Shown: positions 1 to 14,441, counted from the first letter of the stretch. The stretch is 64,000 nucleotides of DNA from Mytilus trossulus (GCF_036588685.1 NC_086376.1:63674001-63738000); one strand, 5' to 3'. Notes: generated by a model from the letters alone, not told the origin. Translations and numbers: made by a program.

Positions 1-1626
1 ACGTATATCACGTGGCTCTGTACTTACACATCCCTTCATTGTGTTACTAGTATTCAATAATTGGACTATGGTAAATTTGTGTATTCTTTGTCTTCAATTT
101 TTGCTAATATGATTGGTATATATGTGACACTATAATACAATAAATGTATCTCTTATCTCTTAATCTATATGCTATATTGTGCTTCTTTGTTACATATTTG
201 TTTGTTTTTTAGTTACCAAGATTATAAGACAATGTGACTACTGTATCCCTATCCGACATATTTACCTATTATGTCTAATTGTTAGGTTCATTCATTGTTA
301 TTGTTGTCTATATAATGTAATTTGATGCGACTGTCATACAATCGAGAGGTTTAGCTAGCTATAAAAACAGGTTAAATCAACCATTTTCTATACAAGAAAA
401 TGCAAGAACCAATTCAGAAACATGACAGTTGTTATCCATTCGTTTGATGTGTTTGAGCTTTTGATTTTGAAAACTGATAAGGTACTTGGCGTTTTGAATT
501 TGTGTAACAAGTTTTTGTAAATAGTATTTTTTTTATGAAATTTTGATACAAAATGATTGTTTACTGTATATTTATCTGATTAAAAAAAAATCATCGGTGA
601 TTAATTCATAAATATCGATTCGAAAAGTTTTCAATCATAATACAGCCAAAAGTCATTTAAAAAAGAGGAGTCCATGAATTAGTTTCCAAGCTCATAATTA
701 AAATCATTCAATAAATGCCTCTTTTCCCAATATGTTATAATAAACCGAAATAAATAACGTTCGACGCAATTATCTCCACTGTAAATGTATTGTATGCCCT
801 TTGATGTCATAACCAAAATTCAAAATCTGCTTGAAGAAATAAAAACCTAAAATATGCACCTAACTTTAACTAAAACATTTTAATAAACATGTTTAAATTC
901 ATAGTGATAAATATTTTGTACATAAAGGTTAAATCTTTTGTTAGGACTATTGAGATTTATGAAATCTATAAGAAAAAATGTAGTCCCCGTTTACGGTTTC
1001 GGATAACCTGCCTCTTTTTTTAAAACATGTCAAATATCATGTTTATCTCGCTTAACTGGTCTTTGTACGGTTTGTTAAAATATGGTTACAGCCATGACAT
1101 TGATAAAGAAATCAAATGAAATTATTTGATATGCAACACTTTAATCAAGTACTATACATAGTGATAGGCTAGTTAGCACTACCGGTCAATATTATCTCGT
1201 GACAGCAGTTTTTACCTTAACACGCATGCATTACAATGAAACAGACCTTTACAAAGAAAACTTCAACCCTTTAAATTACTTCGTGAATACAAGCTCACCT
1301 CGGGTGGTAGAGGTTAAACCGAAGAAAGTTTATTTTTGCGCTTTCCTCCAAGAAAGTTGCAATTATTGATAGGCGATGAGCAAAGCCTTGGCTGAAATGA
1401 CAAATTATGAAAAAGAATATTTATGCGTGGAATGAAAGTCGTTTTGTCTATTCTTTTACCCTTTAAGGCCATGTCAAACTTTTTATCAGAAACATGCGAT
1501 AACTTTTCACAGATAATTACTGAATAGTGTGTTTGATGTTACTTTATATGTGCTAGCTCTTCAACTTCGTGTGTGAGTTTCACTTCCAACTAAATTGAAA
1601 TCCTATATAGTTTGACGAGTAGTTAA

Positions 1627-2189
1627 AGTCATATGAAACGAGTGAGTGGTGAAAAATAATGTTTGTCTTATTCTTGAACCAATGCACATATATAAATCAT
1701 AAACTTATTCCTCTGTGCACGATTTTTTCATTATTTTCGCAAATATATCATATAATCGTCATTTTTTTCTTCTCTCTGTTTGTTATGATTTAACAAATAT
1801 GGCTGCTCATTAATGCCGCGTTTTAAAGCCGAGTTTTACCGATTGTCACCTTGTAGTAAACAAATCACAAAAAGCATGGGTATTGAGCACGTGTTTAACA
1901 TGTATAATCAGAAATTTGTTTAATTCAATGACAGTTCCATGCGTATTGTGGTCACCGGATTTTCACGAGGAGGGTAACGCTAGGGTCACTATGCATACGG
2001 AAAATGTGTCGGCGAATTGCTTCCAGGAAGCAAGCAATTAAAAATAAGTAAACTTCTCCTAAATGTTAACATATTAAAGAATTTTCCTCAGGAAAAATGT
2101 ATATGTACATAAGTTGTACAATGAAAACTATCAATTTAGTTATAAAAAGTATATGCATATTTTTTTTTAATTTGAGGTTTCTTATGACT
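1627..2189 (+). mobile_element. Non-autonomous TIR element with TTAA TSD (Kolobok-like), copy 1
   Basis: TTAA|AGTCATATGAAAC ... GTTTCTTATGACT|TTAA; RR..YY termini; homologous copy at 51458-52026. Confidence 0.85.
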
Positions 2190-2324
2190 TTAAATGTTTT
2201 CTTCTACTGATGATCAGCACCTTTGAATCTACTATACAGAAACATATCTGTCGAACTATGATTCAATTGCTAAATTGGTCTTTGAAAACAATTTTCGTAA
2301 AGATAAGCAAATCAGAAATTTGAT

Positions 2325-4850
2325 GATACAATGGTGGCAATGTTTAAAGACGAATCGGCACCAATTTAAAAATACCCGAAATATTAATAAGTATGAAGCA
2401 GCTCTGCCAGGTGTAATTTTACTATGTTCTGATACTAAGGAAAAGTCAAATGGGACAAGTCATCAAAATGAGGATGCATTCGAATGGATTGAAAAGCTCA
2501 TGATAGGTTTCAGTCAGGTCGTCAAAAAAAGGACAGATACAATGGCAGTAAAACAAAAATAGTGGTGACTGGTAACTCATAGTCAAAAGAAAAAGACAGC
2601 AAACAAACATAGCATTAAAATACAGGATGTAGAGAACAAAAAAGCTCGATTGAACAGGAATTCCTCCAAAGAAATGATAGAATAATTCCCTAAAAAGTAT
2701 AAGTTCGGCCATTCGTTTGATGTATTTGAGCTTTTGATTTTGTATTTTATTAGGGACTTTCTATTTTGAAATTTGCTCAGAGTTAAGTATTTTTATGATT
2801 TTACATTTTCTTTTCAGCGAATGGGTTTAAAGTTTAGCATTTGTTCTTTGCTATTATGTGATACTAGTAGTGGGCTAAATGTGTCTAATTACTACATTCA
2901 AAATTATAACATCAAAAATACCAAACTCTAAGGTAAATTAAGAAAACGACCATAAATCCGATCAAGACCAAACATTTGACTATATCAATAAACCATCATT
3001 GGAGCACATGGAAACAACTGTCAAATTCCTGTCTTTGTAAGAAAAATTCTTTTAGTTAATTAGAAGCCATTGCCTGTCTGTGAGTCTGACTGTCCCTCTG
3101 GTATCTTTCGTCCCTCTTTTAGAAAATTTATTATCCTCACCTATGGATGAATAATACTATCGTTATTTCTATATGACATCATTTCAACCTTCTATAAAAT
3201 CATAATCTTATCTTTAGCAACAGAATCTAGTTTACATCGTTTCAAGTTTAACTTAATCTTGTAACAGTATTGCATATCATTTTTGATGTGCATTCAATTT
3301 CCAATTAATAATATTGTGTTGTACTATAAAGCAGATCGTATTGGTCACGTTTATGCATTTTTCTTAATACACGTGCTGTGTTCATGCATGTCTGAAGCAT
3401 TTTTGTCTTAATATTCCACTATTTCACTGTATGAGCGTACGAATTCCACTGTTTGAAATGAAGGGTAATTAAAATAAGTTCAATTAAAACATCCAGCGCA
3501 AAATGAATGACAGAAAATGAAAATAAATGTGATGAAACAATGGTGGCAATGCTTGAAGATGAATCGGCACCAAATTGAAAACACGTCAAACATCAAAGGT
3601 ATGAAGCAGCTCTGTCAGGTCTGATTTTACTATGTTCAGTTACTTAGAGAAAGTCAAATGGGAAAAGTTATCAGAATGAGAATACATGCCAATGGATTTA
3701 ATAGCTCATGATTGGCCTCAGTCATGTCTTCCAAAAAAAGGGCCAGATACAATGGCAGTAAAACAAAAATAGTGGTGGTAACGCACAAAAACAAATATAA
3801 AAGACAGCAAACAAAAATAGCATTAAAAATCCACGATGAAGAGAACAAAAAAAAACCTCAATTGAACAGGAATTCCTCCTAAAATTGATAGAATAATTCG
3901 TTGAGGTTTCCAAATTTCCTTTAGATTGACCTTTCAAGTACACAAGACATATAAGGCAATCAACTTAGGAGTTTTGTGATTTAATTGAAGGGTACAATAT
4001 ATTTTTTGTTTTATTGATGAACAACCGCAGTGTTTATATTTACAATATCAATTCTGAAACACATTGAAACATTTTTTTGGAATTATTCCGAAGGGCATGC
4101 AGATTTTTATAGATTCGTCGAAAAATAATGATAGTTATGGATACCAAGCTCCGTTGGACCATGGTCATGTTACCTTATGATTTCAATTCTAAAACAGACC
4201 AATAATGTACTAGTATCACACATAATGTACTAGTATCACACATAATGTACTAGTATCACACATAATGCACAAGCATTAAACATGACGGTTTTCAAGGTTT
4301 TTATCATGAAAAGTGGTGAAGTTAGAAAATTTAGTAATATCACCTATTGAAGAATAATAATACCGTTATCCCTATATGACATCATTTCAACCTACTGCCA
4401 TATTGTATATTTACAGATGAATAACGGGTTAAACGTTTATAGTAGATCAAGATAAAACTGATGTAATATATACCTAATAATCGTGTCTTCAGCAACATCA
4501 TCTTGTTTACATCGTTTCAAATTTTAATTAATCTTGTTTACAGTATTGCATATTACGAGGCATAGGCTTAGTAACTAGAAACAACTGAAACATGATTACT
4601 TCATATCATTTATGATGTGCATTCAATTTCCAATTAATAATATTGTGTGGTACTTTATAGCAGATCGTATTGTTCACGTTTATGCATTTTTCTAAATACA
4701 CGTGCCGCGTTAATGGATGTCTAATGCATTATTGTCTTATTATTCCACTATTTCACTGCATGAGCTATGCAAATCTTTACTGTTTAAAATGTAGGTTAAT
4801 TAAATAAGTTCAATTAAAACATCAAGCGCAAAATGAATTACAGAAAATGA
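2325..4850. repeat. Old, diverged tandem duplication with a period of about 1.2 kb
   Basis: 2325-2690 matches 3533-3900 (acaatggtggcaatg...gatagaataattc); 3130-3520 matches 4335-4850. Confidence 0.85.
4202..4267. repeat. 20-bp tandem repeat x3
   Basis: (cataatgtactagtatcaca)n. Confidence 0.95.
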
Positions 4851-4927
4851 CATTTGCAATCGAGTGAGAAACATTTATTACGACATAAGTTAACTCATCA
4901 TAGATACCAGGACTAAATTTAGTATAT

Positions 4928-4971
4928 ACGCCAGACGCGCGTTTCATCTACAAAAGACTCATCAGTGACGC
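4928..4971 (-). ncRNA. Minimal type I hammerhead ribozyme, core intact
   Basis: Reverse complement reads gcgtca-CTGATGA-gtc ttttgta gat-GAAA-cgcgcg-TC-tggcgt. Confidence 0.8.
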
Positions 4972-7900
4972 TAGAATCCAAAAATGTTAAAAAGCAACCT
5001 AAATATGGTCTATTTCATAAAATTCCTATTTGTTCTTCATATTTGAAGAATGATAAGCATTATTGAATCATATCTTTATCTTTTAGAAAAAACTAGTATG
5101 AGCAAAACATGTTGTAGAAGAGCCATCTTAGATTTAACTTGATCCTTATCAATAAAACTATAAAAACCAAATCGATCTTATATCAGTCCTAGAGTAAGAT
5201 AAATCCCTATTTTTTTAACCAAACTACCTAAGGTTAAATAAGTTTACATCAAGGTTAGACCAGTTCTACTCAAAGTCAAGATAAATGTACCTTGACAATC
5301 AAAATGTAGAAAAACTGTGACCTTTAAGATGTAAGATGATACGATCAGTCCTTAAAAGGCATAACAAAAGAAGCAAATCCAGTTTTAAAAAAAATATTCA
5401 CTGAACCTTAAATAAAAAAAAATCAATCATTGAAAAAAAATATTTGAGTTGTAAAGTTTTGTAATGTTTTGATAGTATAAAGATGTATATGAGTTTATCA
5501 AAGGGTATAATGACAAATAAAGGTTTGGATAACCTGCCACCTGAATTATAGACCCGTCATATGTCATTTTCCCCCGCACTTAAAAGCGTATTTTAGAAGG
5601 GTTGATAAAACATGATAGTGTAGGTCATGACAATAATAAAAAGACCCATAGAAACCATCTTTAATGGGAAAATGTTATAAATTAAAATACATCTCTGCAA
5701 GGTTCTATTCATTTAAATTGTGCTCAAGAAGAAGTTTGAATAAGAAAAAAAAAATCGGATGACAGGTGACAAAGGAAGAAAAACTATCACCATGTGCATG
5801 TGAAAGGTCGACTTAAAAAGGGGTAAATGAAATAAAGACACTTATACAACATTAACCAAGGAAAGACTTAAAATATCACGACCGAACCCAAGAACAATTT
5901 CACGTGATGTTAAAAATGTTACAAAAAAAACAAAACAGTAGGAAAACGTCTGATAACTACCACAAAACTTATTAATTTGATTGTCGGTGTATAATGGCGT
6001 TCACATAATGACAAAGAATCCTTATATGTATGAAACGATTTAAACAAACTGATTTAGAGGTTTACTTCTGTAAGTTACCATTTTGTGAAAATGATACAAA
6101 TGTTTAAAAATTAATTTACTCTCTATAAATTTGTCAAAGAAAAATAATGGTAATAAGTGGCAAAGGCTTCTTTTATTTCAGAAATCATTCCAATCAGTTA
6201 TTATTGCGATTTCTGCTTGATAGATAAATACACGAGAATAATAATTGCCATTACAGGAAGGAAAATCTGCATACAAAAATATGAAGATAAGTTCTAATAT
6301 TTACAATACTCACGTATGTACCCAATCGAATTATACCCAATAATAAAAACCTTAAAATATTTTCTGAATTTAAAGTTGACGATAATTCAACGACCCCTGC
6401 TGATATATGTTTAATCTTTAGATAAGTAATTATATGAATTACGTGTTTTACGTATATAAAGATCATAAAATCGTGACACACCACAACAAAACTTTGAATC
6501 TTAAGCAAGTTGAAAATCTGAATAACGTGTCAGACTAAGAGTAGAATGCGCAATAGTTAATCTGATTATGTTTGATAATCTAAGATAAGTAAGAAAAGCG
6601 AATGAATTCACGTTTTGGTCGTTAATCCATTGAAATGGTAAATTTAGGTTGTAATACATGTAAATTATGAAATGCTTAATATGGATCTATATAAGATATC
6701 ATGTTATGAATACTTATGATGATACAACAAAAGTAAACTACGCTTCAATTTTAAAACTTACATAGTCACACTGCTGGTGTGCTCCCTCGTTAATTCATGT
6801 GTGTGAACATTCAATATGAAAATAAAGAGATGGTGTATGATCGGAGATAAGACAACTATACACCAAATTTCAAACTTAGTGAGTGTAGGCAATTTAAAGT
6901 AGCTTTACTGCCGTCAACAATGAGAAACCATTTTATGGTTCAATCTGCTATAAAATGTTCCCACATGAAACAAATCAACTGCGACAATTAAAGGATAAAA
7001 TGTATAACGAAAAACAAAAATGACAGACATGAACCAACGACAAATTCTAAAATACTGGATCCGTTCACATAGAATGCTGTTGGGTTACACATATATGAAA
7101 TCGCCAACCTTTCACACACAGACATGTTGTATTAGTCATTTTTGTAATAGAGATGATATTAAAATTCAGTCCTCCTTAATATTACAAAACCCTGCATGAG
7201 GTTTAGTTGCATAAGGAAGGTTGACCTAGACGAAGACATGGTAAAATGTATCTTAAAATCCTGTCATAAATAAACTCATCAAAGATACCAGGACTAAATT
7301 GAGTATATACGACAGACGCGCGTTCCGTCTAAAACATACTCATCAGTGACACTCGAATCCAAAAAAGTTAAAAAGCAACCATATATATGGTCTTTTTCAT
7401 AAAATTCCTATTTGTGCCTCAAATTTGAAGAATGATAAGCATTATTGAATTATATCTTTATCTTTTAGAAAAAGCAAGTATGAGCAAAACATGTTGTAGA
7501 AGAGCCATCTTGGATTTAACATGATCCTTATCAATAAAAAACCATAAAAACCAAATCGATCTTATATCAGTCCTAGGGTAAAATAAATCCCTATTTTTTT
7601 AACCAAACTACCTAAGGTTAAATAAGTTTACATCAAGGTTAGACCAGTTCTACTCAAAGTCAAGATAAACGTACCTTGACAATATCAAAATGTAGAAAAA
7701 CTGTGACCTTTAAGATGTAAGATGATACGATCAGTCCTTAAAAGGCATAACAAAAGAAGCAAATCCAGTTTTAAAAAAAATATTCACTGAACCTTAAATA
7801 AAATAAAATCAATCATTGAAAAAAAATATTTGAGTTGTAAAGTTTTGTAATGTTTTGATAGTATAAAGATGTATATGAGTGTAAAAAAGGGTATAATCAC

Positions 7901-9186
7901 CAATAAAGGTTTGGATAACCTGCCACCTGAATTATAGATCCGTCATATGTCATTTTCCCCCGCACTTAAAAGCGTATTTTAGAAGGGTTGATAAAACATG
8001 ATAGTGTAGGTCATGACAATAATAAAAAGACCCATAGAAACCATCTTTAATGGAAAAATGTTATAAATTAAAATACATCTCTGCAAGGTTCTGTTCATTT
8101 AAATTGTGCTCAAGAAGAAGTTTGAATAAGAAAAAAACAAAACGGATGACAGGTGACAAAGGATGAAAAACTATCATCATGTGCATGTGAAAGGTCGACT
8201 TAAAAAGGGGTAAATGAAATAAAGACACTTATACAACATTAACCAAGGAAAGACTTAAAATATCACGACCGAACCCAAGAACAATATCACGTGATGTTAA
8301 AAATGCTACCAAATAAAACAGTAGGAAAACGTCTGATAACTACCACAAAATTTATTAATTTGATTGTCGGTGTATAATGGCGTTCACATAATGACAAAGA
8401 ATCCTTATATGTATGAAACGGTCTAAACAAACTGATTTAGAGGTTTACTTCTGTAAGTTACCATTTTGAGAAATGATCCAAATGTTTTAAAATACTCTCT
8501 ATAAATTTGTCAAAGAAAAATAATGGTAATAAGTGGCAAAGGCTTCTGTTATTTCAGAAATCATTCCAATCAGTTATTATTGCGATTTCTGCTTGATAGA
8601 TAAATACACGAGAATAATAATTGCCATTACAGGAAGGAAAATCTGCATACAAAAATATAAAAATAGTTCTAATATTTACAATACTCACGTATGTAACCAA
8701 TCGAATAATACACAATAATAAAAACCTTAAAATATTTTCTGAATTTAAAGTTGACGACAATTCAACGAGCCCTACTAATATATGTTTAATCTTCAGATAA
8801 GTAATTATATGAATAACGTGTTTTACGTATATAAAAGATCATAAAATCGTGTCAGACCACAACAGAACTTTGAATCTTAAGCAAGTTGAAAGTGTGGATA
8901 ATGTGCCAGATTAAGGAATCTGAGAGTAAAATGCGTAATAGTAAATCTGATTATATATGTTTGATAATCTAAGATAAGTAAGAAAAGCGAAAAAAAAAAT
9001 CACGTTTTGGTCGTTAATCCATTGAAATGGTAAATTTAGGTTGTAATACATGTAAATTATGAAATACTTAATATGGATCTATATAAGATATCATGTTATG
9101 AATACTTGTGATGATACAACAAAAGTAAACTACGCTTCAATTATAAAGCTTACATAGCCACACTGTTTGTGTGCTCTCTGATTAAT

Positions 9187-9359
9187 AAAGGCAACAGTAG
9201 TATACCGCTGTTCAAAACTCGTAAATCTATGGACAAAAAACAAAATTGGGGTAACAAACTAAAACTGAGGGCAACGCATTGAATATAAGAGTAGAACAAC
9301 GACACAACATTAAAATGTAACACACACAGAAACGGACTAAGCATTAGACAATAACAAAT
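9187..9359. mobile_element. Short insertion present only in the second duplicate unit
   Basis: Absent at the equivalent site (~6790) in unit 1; flanked by ATTAAT direct repeats (9181-9186, 9360-9365). Confidence 0.75.
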
Positions 9360-11599
9360 ATTAATTCATTTGTGTGAACATTCAATATAAAAATAAAGAC
9401 AGGGTGTATGATTGGAGATAAGACAACTATAAACCAAATTTCAAATTTAGTGAGTGTAAGCAATTATAAGTAGCCGTTCTGCCGCCAACAATGAGAAACC
9501 ATTGAATAGTTCAATCTGCTATAAACTGTCCCTACTTGAAACGAATCAACTGCGACAATAAAAGGATAAAATTTTATAACGAAAAACAAAAATGACAGAC
9601 ATGAACCAACGACAAATTCGAAAATACTGGCTTCGTTCACATAGAATGCTGTTGGGTTACACATATATGAAATCGCTAACCTTCCACACACAGACATGTT
9701 GTATTAGTAATTTTTGTAATAGAGATGATATTAAAATTCAGTCCTGCTTAATGTTACAAAACCCTGCATGAGGTTTAGTTGCATAAGGCAGGTTAACCTA
9801 GACGAAGACATGGTAAAATGTATCTTAAAATCCTGTCATAAATAAACTCATCAAAGATACCAGGACTAAATTTAGTATATACGCCAGACGCGCTTTTCGT
9901 CTACAAAAGCCTCATCGGTGACGCTCGAATCCCAAAAAATTAATAATGCCAAATAAGTACGAAGTTGAAGAGCATTGAGAACCAAAATTCCTAAAAGTTT
10001 TGCCAAATACGGTTTTGTTAGGGCTATAAAGTTATATTAGCTCTTTAATAAACACAAGATGTATAAACACCATCAACAATTTCGGATAACATGCCTTCTT
10101 GGTTACAAACGCGTCAAAAGTCATGTTTCCCCACCACTTCAAGTAGCTGTGTGGACCGTAAAACAAATATTTTTATGTGCAAGTCAGCGCAGTGATAGAG
10201 AGACAAGCGAGAATTATCTGAAATGCACCGCTTTTAATCGGGGCATCTAGCATTCTTGTTGGTCAGTCTTTGGTTTTCTTTGATTTGTTTTGTGTACTTA
10301 TCTTTTTAGTTTTTAGCCACAATGTTGTTATTTTATTATCAACTTAGAAGTTTGGGTTCCTTTGGTGTCTTTCGTCTCCCTCTTATCAAGTACAATACGG
10401 TAAATAAAAATGCCATATAGGACTTCCAGTTAATATTTTTCGGTAAAAAAATTAATATTTTACCTTAATATATTGCTAAATTCAGTAGTTTACTAAACTA
10501 TTTTAGCTCTAATGTGGAAGCAAGTTTTCCTCGAGCTGTAGAGGTACGATTATCTTAATATCATCATCTTACTTTCCTCCAAGCACGTGGCAAATACTGC
10601 AGACGGTTCAACCTGGTCCTTTAAGAATAACCTATCCGCTTACGATGACATGTCTTTCTGACCATTATTTAAACTGTTAACACCGAACAATTTTTTCAAA
10701 AAGTTGTTTTAGATAATTGCTGCAAACGTTGTTTTCACTCTACTGCATCCGTTTGCTGTCCAAATTGTAATCAATGTCATTTCTCGTCTCATACGTTATA
10801 GATAAAGGCAAGTATTTAAAAAAGCTATATAAAACGTAACCAGTTATTTCGGAATAGAAAGTTGATGTTCCAGTTATGTCAAAGAACATCGGGTCCTTAA
10901 AGGCTTTTTAGATAAAAAGGTCACTCTTAAATCTAGCTGATAGACATCCCGTATCCACTTCACAAACAGTACACAATGGTCTTGAAGTATATATTCTAGG
11001 TGAAGTGTTTGTTTGTCATCTTGATTAATCTTATTGTGTTCATTGTATTTGGTGTCGTACAACTATATTTTTAACTTTAACTTTTTTTAAATTTTGGTAA
11101 TATTCTATTGGCGTGGGCGGGTATTTATACACTCTGACATTGTGTTTTTGTGCTAGGGTCATTTGTTTTGTAGTCTTCTTTTTTTTTTCTGCCTAAATGT
11201 AGGTGTTTGGTCTATTTAGTTTGTATATGCAATATTATTTTACTTTTTGTCTTCATATGGATAAAGATTGTAACATAATGTTCATTTTTTTCCTTTTTAA
11301 TGTCTGTTTGTTTTGTTCACATATAATATCATTATAATGATTTTTAATTTTGCGACTCTAATAAAATGATAGCTTTTGCTAGCTGTAAAACCAGAGTTTA
11401 TGTTCCATTTTCTACATAAGGAACTAAAGATTAAACAAGAATTGCAACAAAAAATACAATAGATTGTTTAAAATCTGAAAGCTTCCTCAAACATTCTGTA
11501 CAGTGTGGTCAAGACAAAATGACAAATATATTTCTTAGCAAGCAGATTATTGAACAAAGGGTCTTAAAGCTTACGTTTAAACTAAACCTTTACCGATTA

Positions 11600-11850
11600 T
11601 GTCTGTTTGTTTTGTTCACAAATCGTTGTAATTATAAAAGAATTTGATACGACTGTCAGACAAGTGAAGTTACCGAGCAATACATTCAGGTTGTATCCAC
11701 TATTTTCTACATAAAATAATGTCTGTACCAAGTCAGTAATATGACAGTTGTTATCCATTCGTTTGATTTGTTGGAGCATGTAATTCTGCATTTTGATTAC
11801 GGACTTTCCGTTTAAAGTTTAAGAGCTCGGTATTTTTGTTATTTTACTTT
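11600..11850. mobile_element. Dispersed repeat family C (atgacagttgttatccattcgtttgat...)
   Basis: Copies at ~270-510, 2710-2810, and inverted at 27840-28010 and ~2910-3035. Confidence 0.75.
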
Positions 11851-12980
11851 TCTTTAGTTGCCATTATATGATAATAAGCCAAAGTCTTCAAAGTTAAATT
11901 AATCCCGCCAAAATTGTCACATCACAATGATGTTAATATGTGATAAAGGTATATGATAATTCAACTAACTGTACTAATTAGATTTAGATAAGTATACTAA
12001 ATAGTGTTTGTGAATAAAAGATCAAGTTAGAATAAGTGTTATAAATACTCCTACTGGTCGAATCCTCCCCAGCATATTTTATTTAGAATGAAATAAGTTA
12101 ACAGTATCAATAACTATTCATTGTTTCAAATACACGTTTATCTTTTAAGACTGAATAGTAGGCTAATTAATTAGTAAAACGGTAGCAGGATTACTTCATA
12201 TCAACTATGGCGAGTATTCAAATTTCCAATTGACTTATTATGAAAGTGTCTTCACGTGATATCATATTTTCACGTGATATATTATAGTAAACAGTATTGA
12301 TGACGTTAGTGTATTTTTCTGTTTATTTGACAATTACATAAATATGTTCTTTGAAATTTTCTTATTATATTTGCCCTTTCTTTGAGCTGTTCAAATTTAT
12401 AGAGCTTATACAGCTAAATAGTTACCTCAACCTCTTGCCATTTCAGTAATTAATACACATACTAGTATTGACAAAAGTATGTGAAACATAATGAAAATAC
12501 CTTATGGTTTAATTTTAATGTAAAGAAGAAGATGTGGAATGAATACCGATGTGACACAATTCCACAAGATACTAAATGACACAGACATTAACAGCTATTG
12601 GTCACCATACGGTCTTTAACATTAAGGAAAGCCCATACTGCATTGTCAGTTATAAAATCCCTAAAATCACAAATGTAAAACAATACATACCAGAAAACCA
12701 GAAACTAACGGCCTAATTAATGAAAAAAATCTTATCGTTTAGAGAATAAACATTTTTACTCTGCCACAAATTCTTTATGTGCCTGTCCCAATCAAAGAAC
12801 CAGAAAATCAGTTGTTGTCGTTGGTTACTGTTTCTTTTGACTGTTTCACACATTGTCATGATTTGGTGTTTTTTTTAGTTCACTTCATGTATTTTTTCAC
12901 ATTACGGAAGACTGTAAAGTGACCAATATTTGTTAAAATCTTAGTCATTTGGTCTCTGTTACTAGTCCCAATGGCAAACA

Positions 12981-13263
12981 TGCCTGTCCTAAGTAAGGAA
13001 TCTGATGTACAGTAGTTGTCGTTTGTTTATGTAATATATACGTGTTTCTCGTTTCTCATTTTGTTTATATAGATTAGACCGTTGGTTTTCCCGTTTGAAT
13101 GGTTTTACACTAGTAATTTTGGGGCCCTTTATAGCTTGTTGTTCGGTTTAAGCTAAGGCTCCGTGTTGAAGGCCGTACTTTAACCTATAATGGTTTACTT
13201 TTTAAATTGTTATTTGGATGGATAGTTGTCTCATTGACACTCACACCACATCTTCCTATATCT
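12981..13263 (+). mobile_element. Family A repeat, truncated copy
   Basis: Near identical to ~53608-53883. Confidence 0.85.
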
Positions 13264-14435
13264 ACTTATCTCCTCATCTGTATTCTTTCGAACAAATAGT
13301 TTCTCAATATCGAAAAGGATCAATGAAAATGTCGTTAAAGTTTAGGAATTTTTCAATAATGAAATTACTTGTATATAAATGGTCAGTTTGGGATGCATAA
13401 TAGTGCAATTAAAATTTCATGTAATATTTATAGGATTGGTTTACATACTTAGCTTCGTGGGCAAACACTCTTAAAATCCATAAATATGTTGCTTTACACT
13501 GACGGTGAAGAAACGAAAATAGTTTAATATATAATAATAACAATATTGATAATTATCAGGAAAAATTTACTGCACTAGATGCTCAATTCGACAATTCATG
13601 TCTCTTTGTTTGGAGCCTATTTTAAAATCCCTGAGCTAAAACAATTAAGAGCATATTAACCAAAAAAGATCCCAAGTATGAACAAAAACTTGGAAGGAAT
13701 TAGAGCTTGAATTTCTTGATCTAAAATAGCTTAGAAAAGTGTGTACGAACAAATTTTGATATCACAATATTAGTGCTTTTAACTTGGCTGGTAAAACATT
13801 TCCAGTCCGCCAACAAAACAAAATGATCGGCCTAGTAGAAGTAGTATAAATACATAGTATTCGGTCATGTTAAGCCTTATTGTCTCTTTTTTCTTTATTA
13901 TGTACAGTAAATTATAAGAATGAGTCTTTTTATTTCTATATGATTGTAGTTTTATCTTTATTTTTCGAATGGCTAATTTATTAATTTGATAATACTTTCC
14001 AATAATACATATATTCATATAATTTTAAAAATATAACTTAAACACGCTAATTGTTACATTAAACAGTTCTATTAAAATATAAATAAATATATTTCGCTAG
14101 ACACAATCTAGGCTCATCAGGCGTATGCATTTATCAAAGTAAAATTGGATGCATGACAAAAAAATATGTTTGTAGCTTAAACTATATACAGTTGAAATCA
14201 AAGTTTAACATATTTATTGATATTCTATAAATATATACATAAACAACAACAACATGTACCGCTTCAAGACAAACAGTTACTTAAGATCGTCAGAATAATT
14301 GGTGCTACTCCTAGCAATCCATAAAGGGTATTGATCATTAAAATTATTTGATAATTAGATGACATGACATTATACGCAAATTTTATTTGTTGAATCTAAT
14401 TTGTTTAAAGATTATCATATAATGATATATTCACC

Positions 14436-14441
14436 TATAAA
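14436..14441 (+). promoter_or_regulatory. Possible TATA box upstream of the APGWamide gene
   Basis: ccTATAAAg about 480 bp upstream of the ATG; in AT-rich DNA this could be chance. Confidence 0.2.

Larger units (their letters stand above)
4891..9839. repeat. Recent tandem duplication of about 2.4 kb (4891-7267 and 7268-9839), bounded by hammerhead-repeat copies
   Basis: Near-identical colinear sequence in both units; ORFs 6251..6508 and 8554..8760 are paralogous; a third hammerhead repeat follows at 9840-10015. Confidence 0.95.

Noticed and set aside
2275-3943. Paralogous short ORFs (2275..2562, 2446..2712, 3654..3848, 3722..3943)
   Set aside because: They lie in a duplicated block whose copies do not preserve the reading frame; no recognisable domain.
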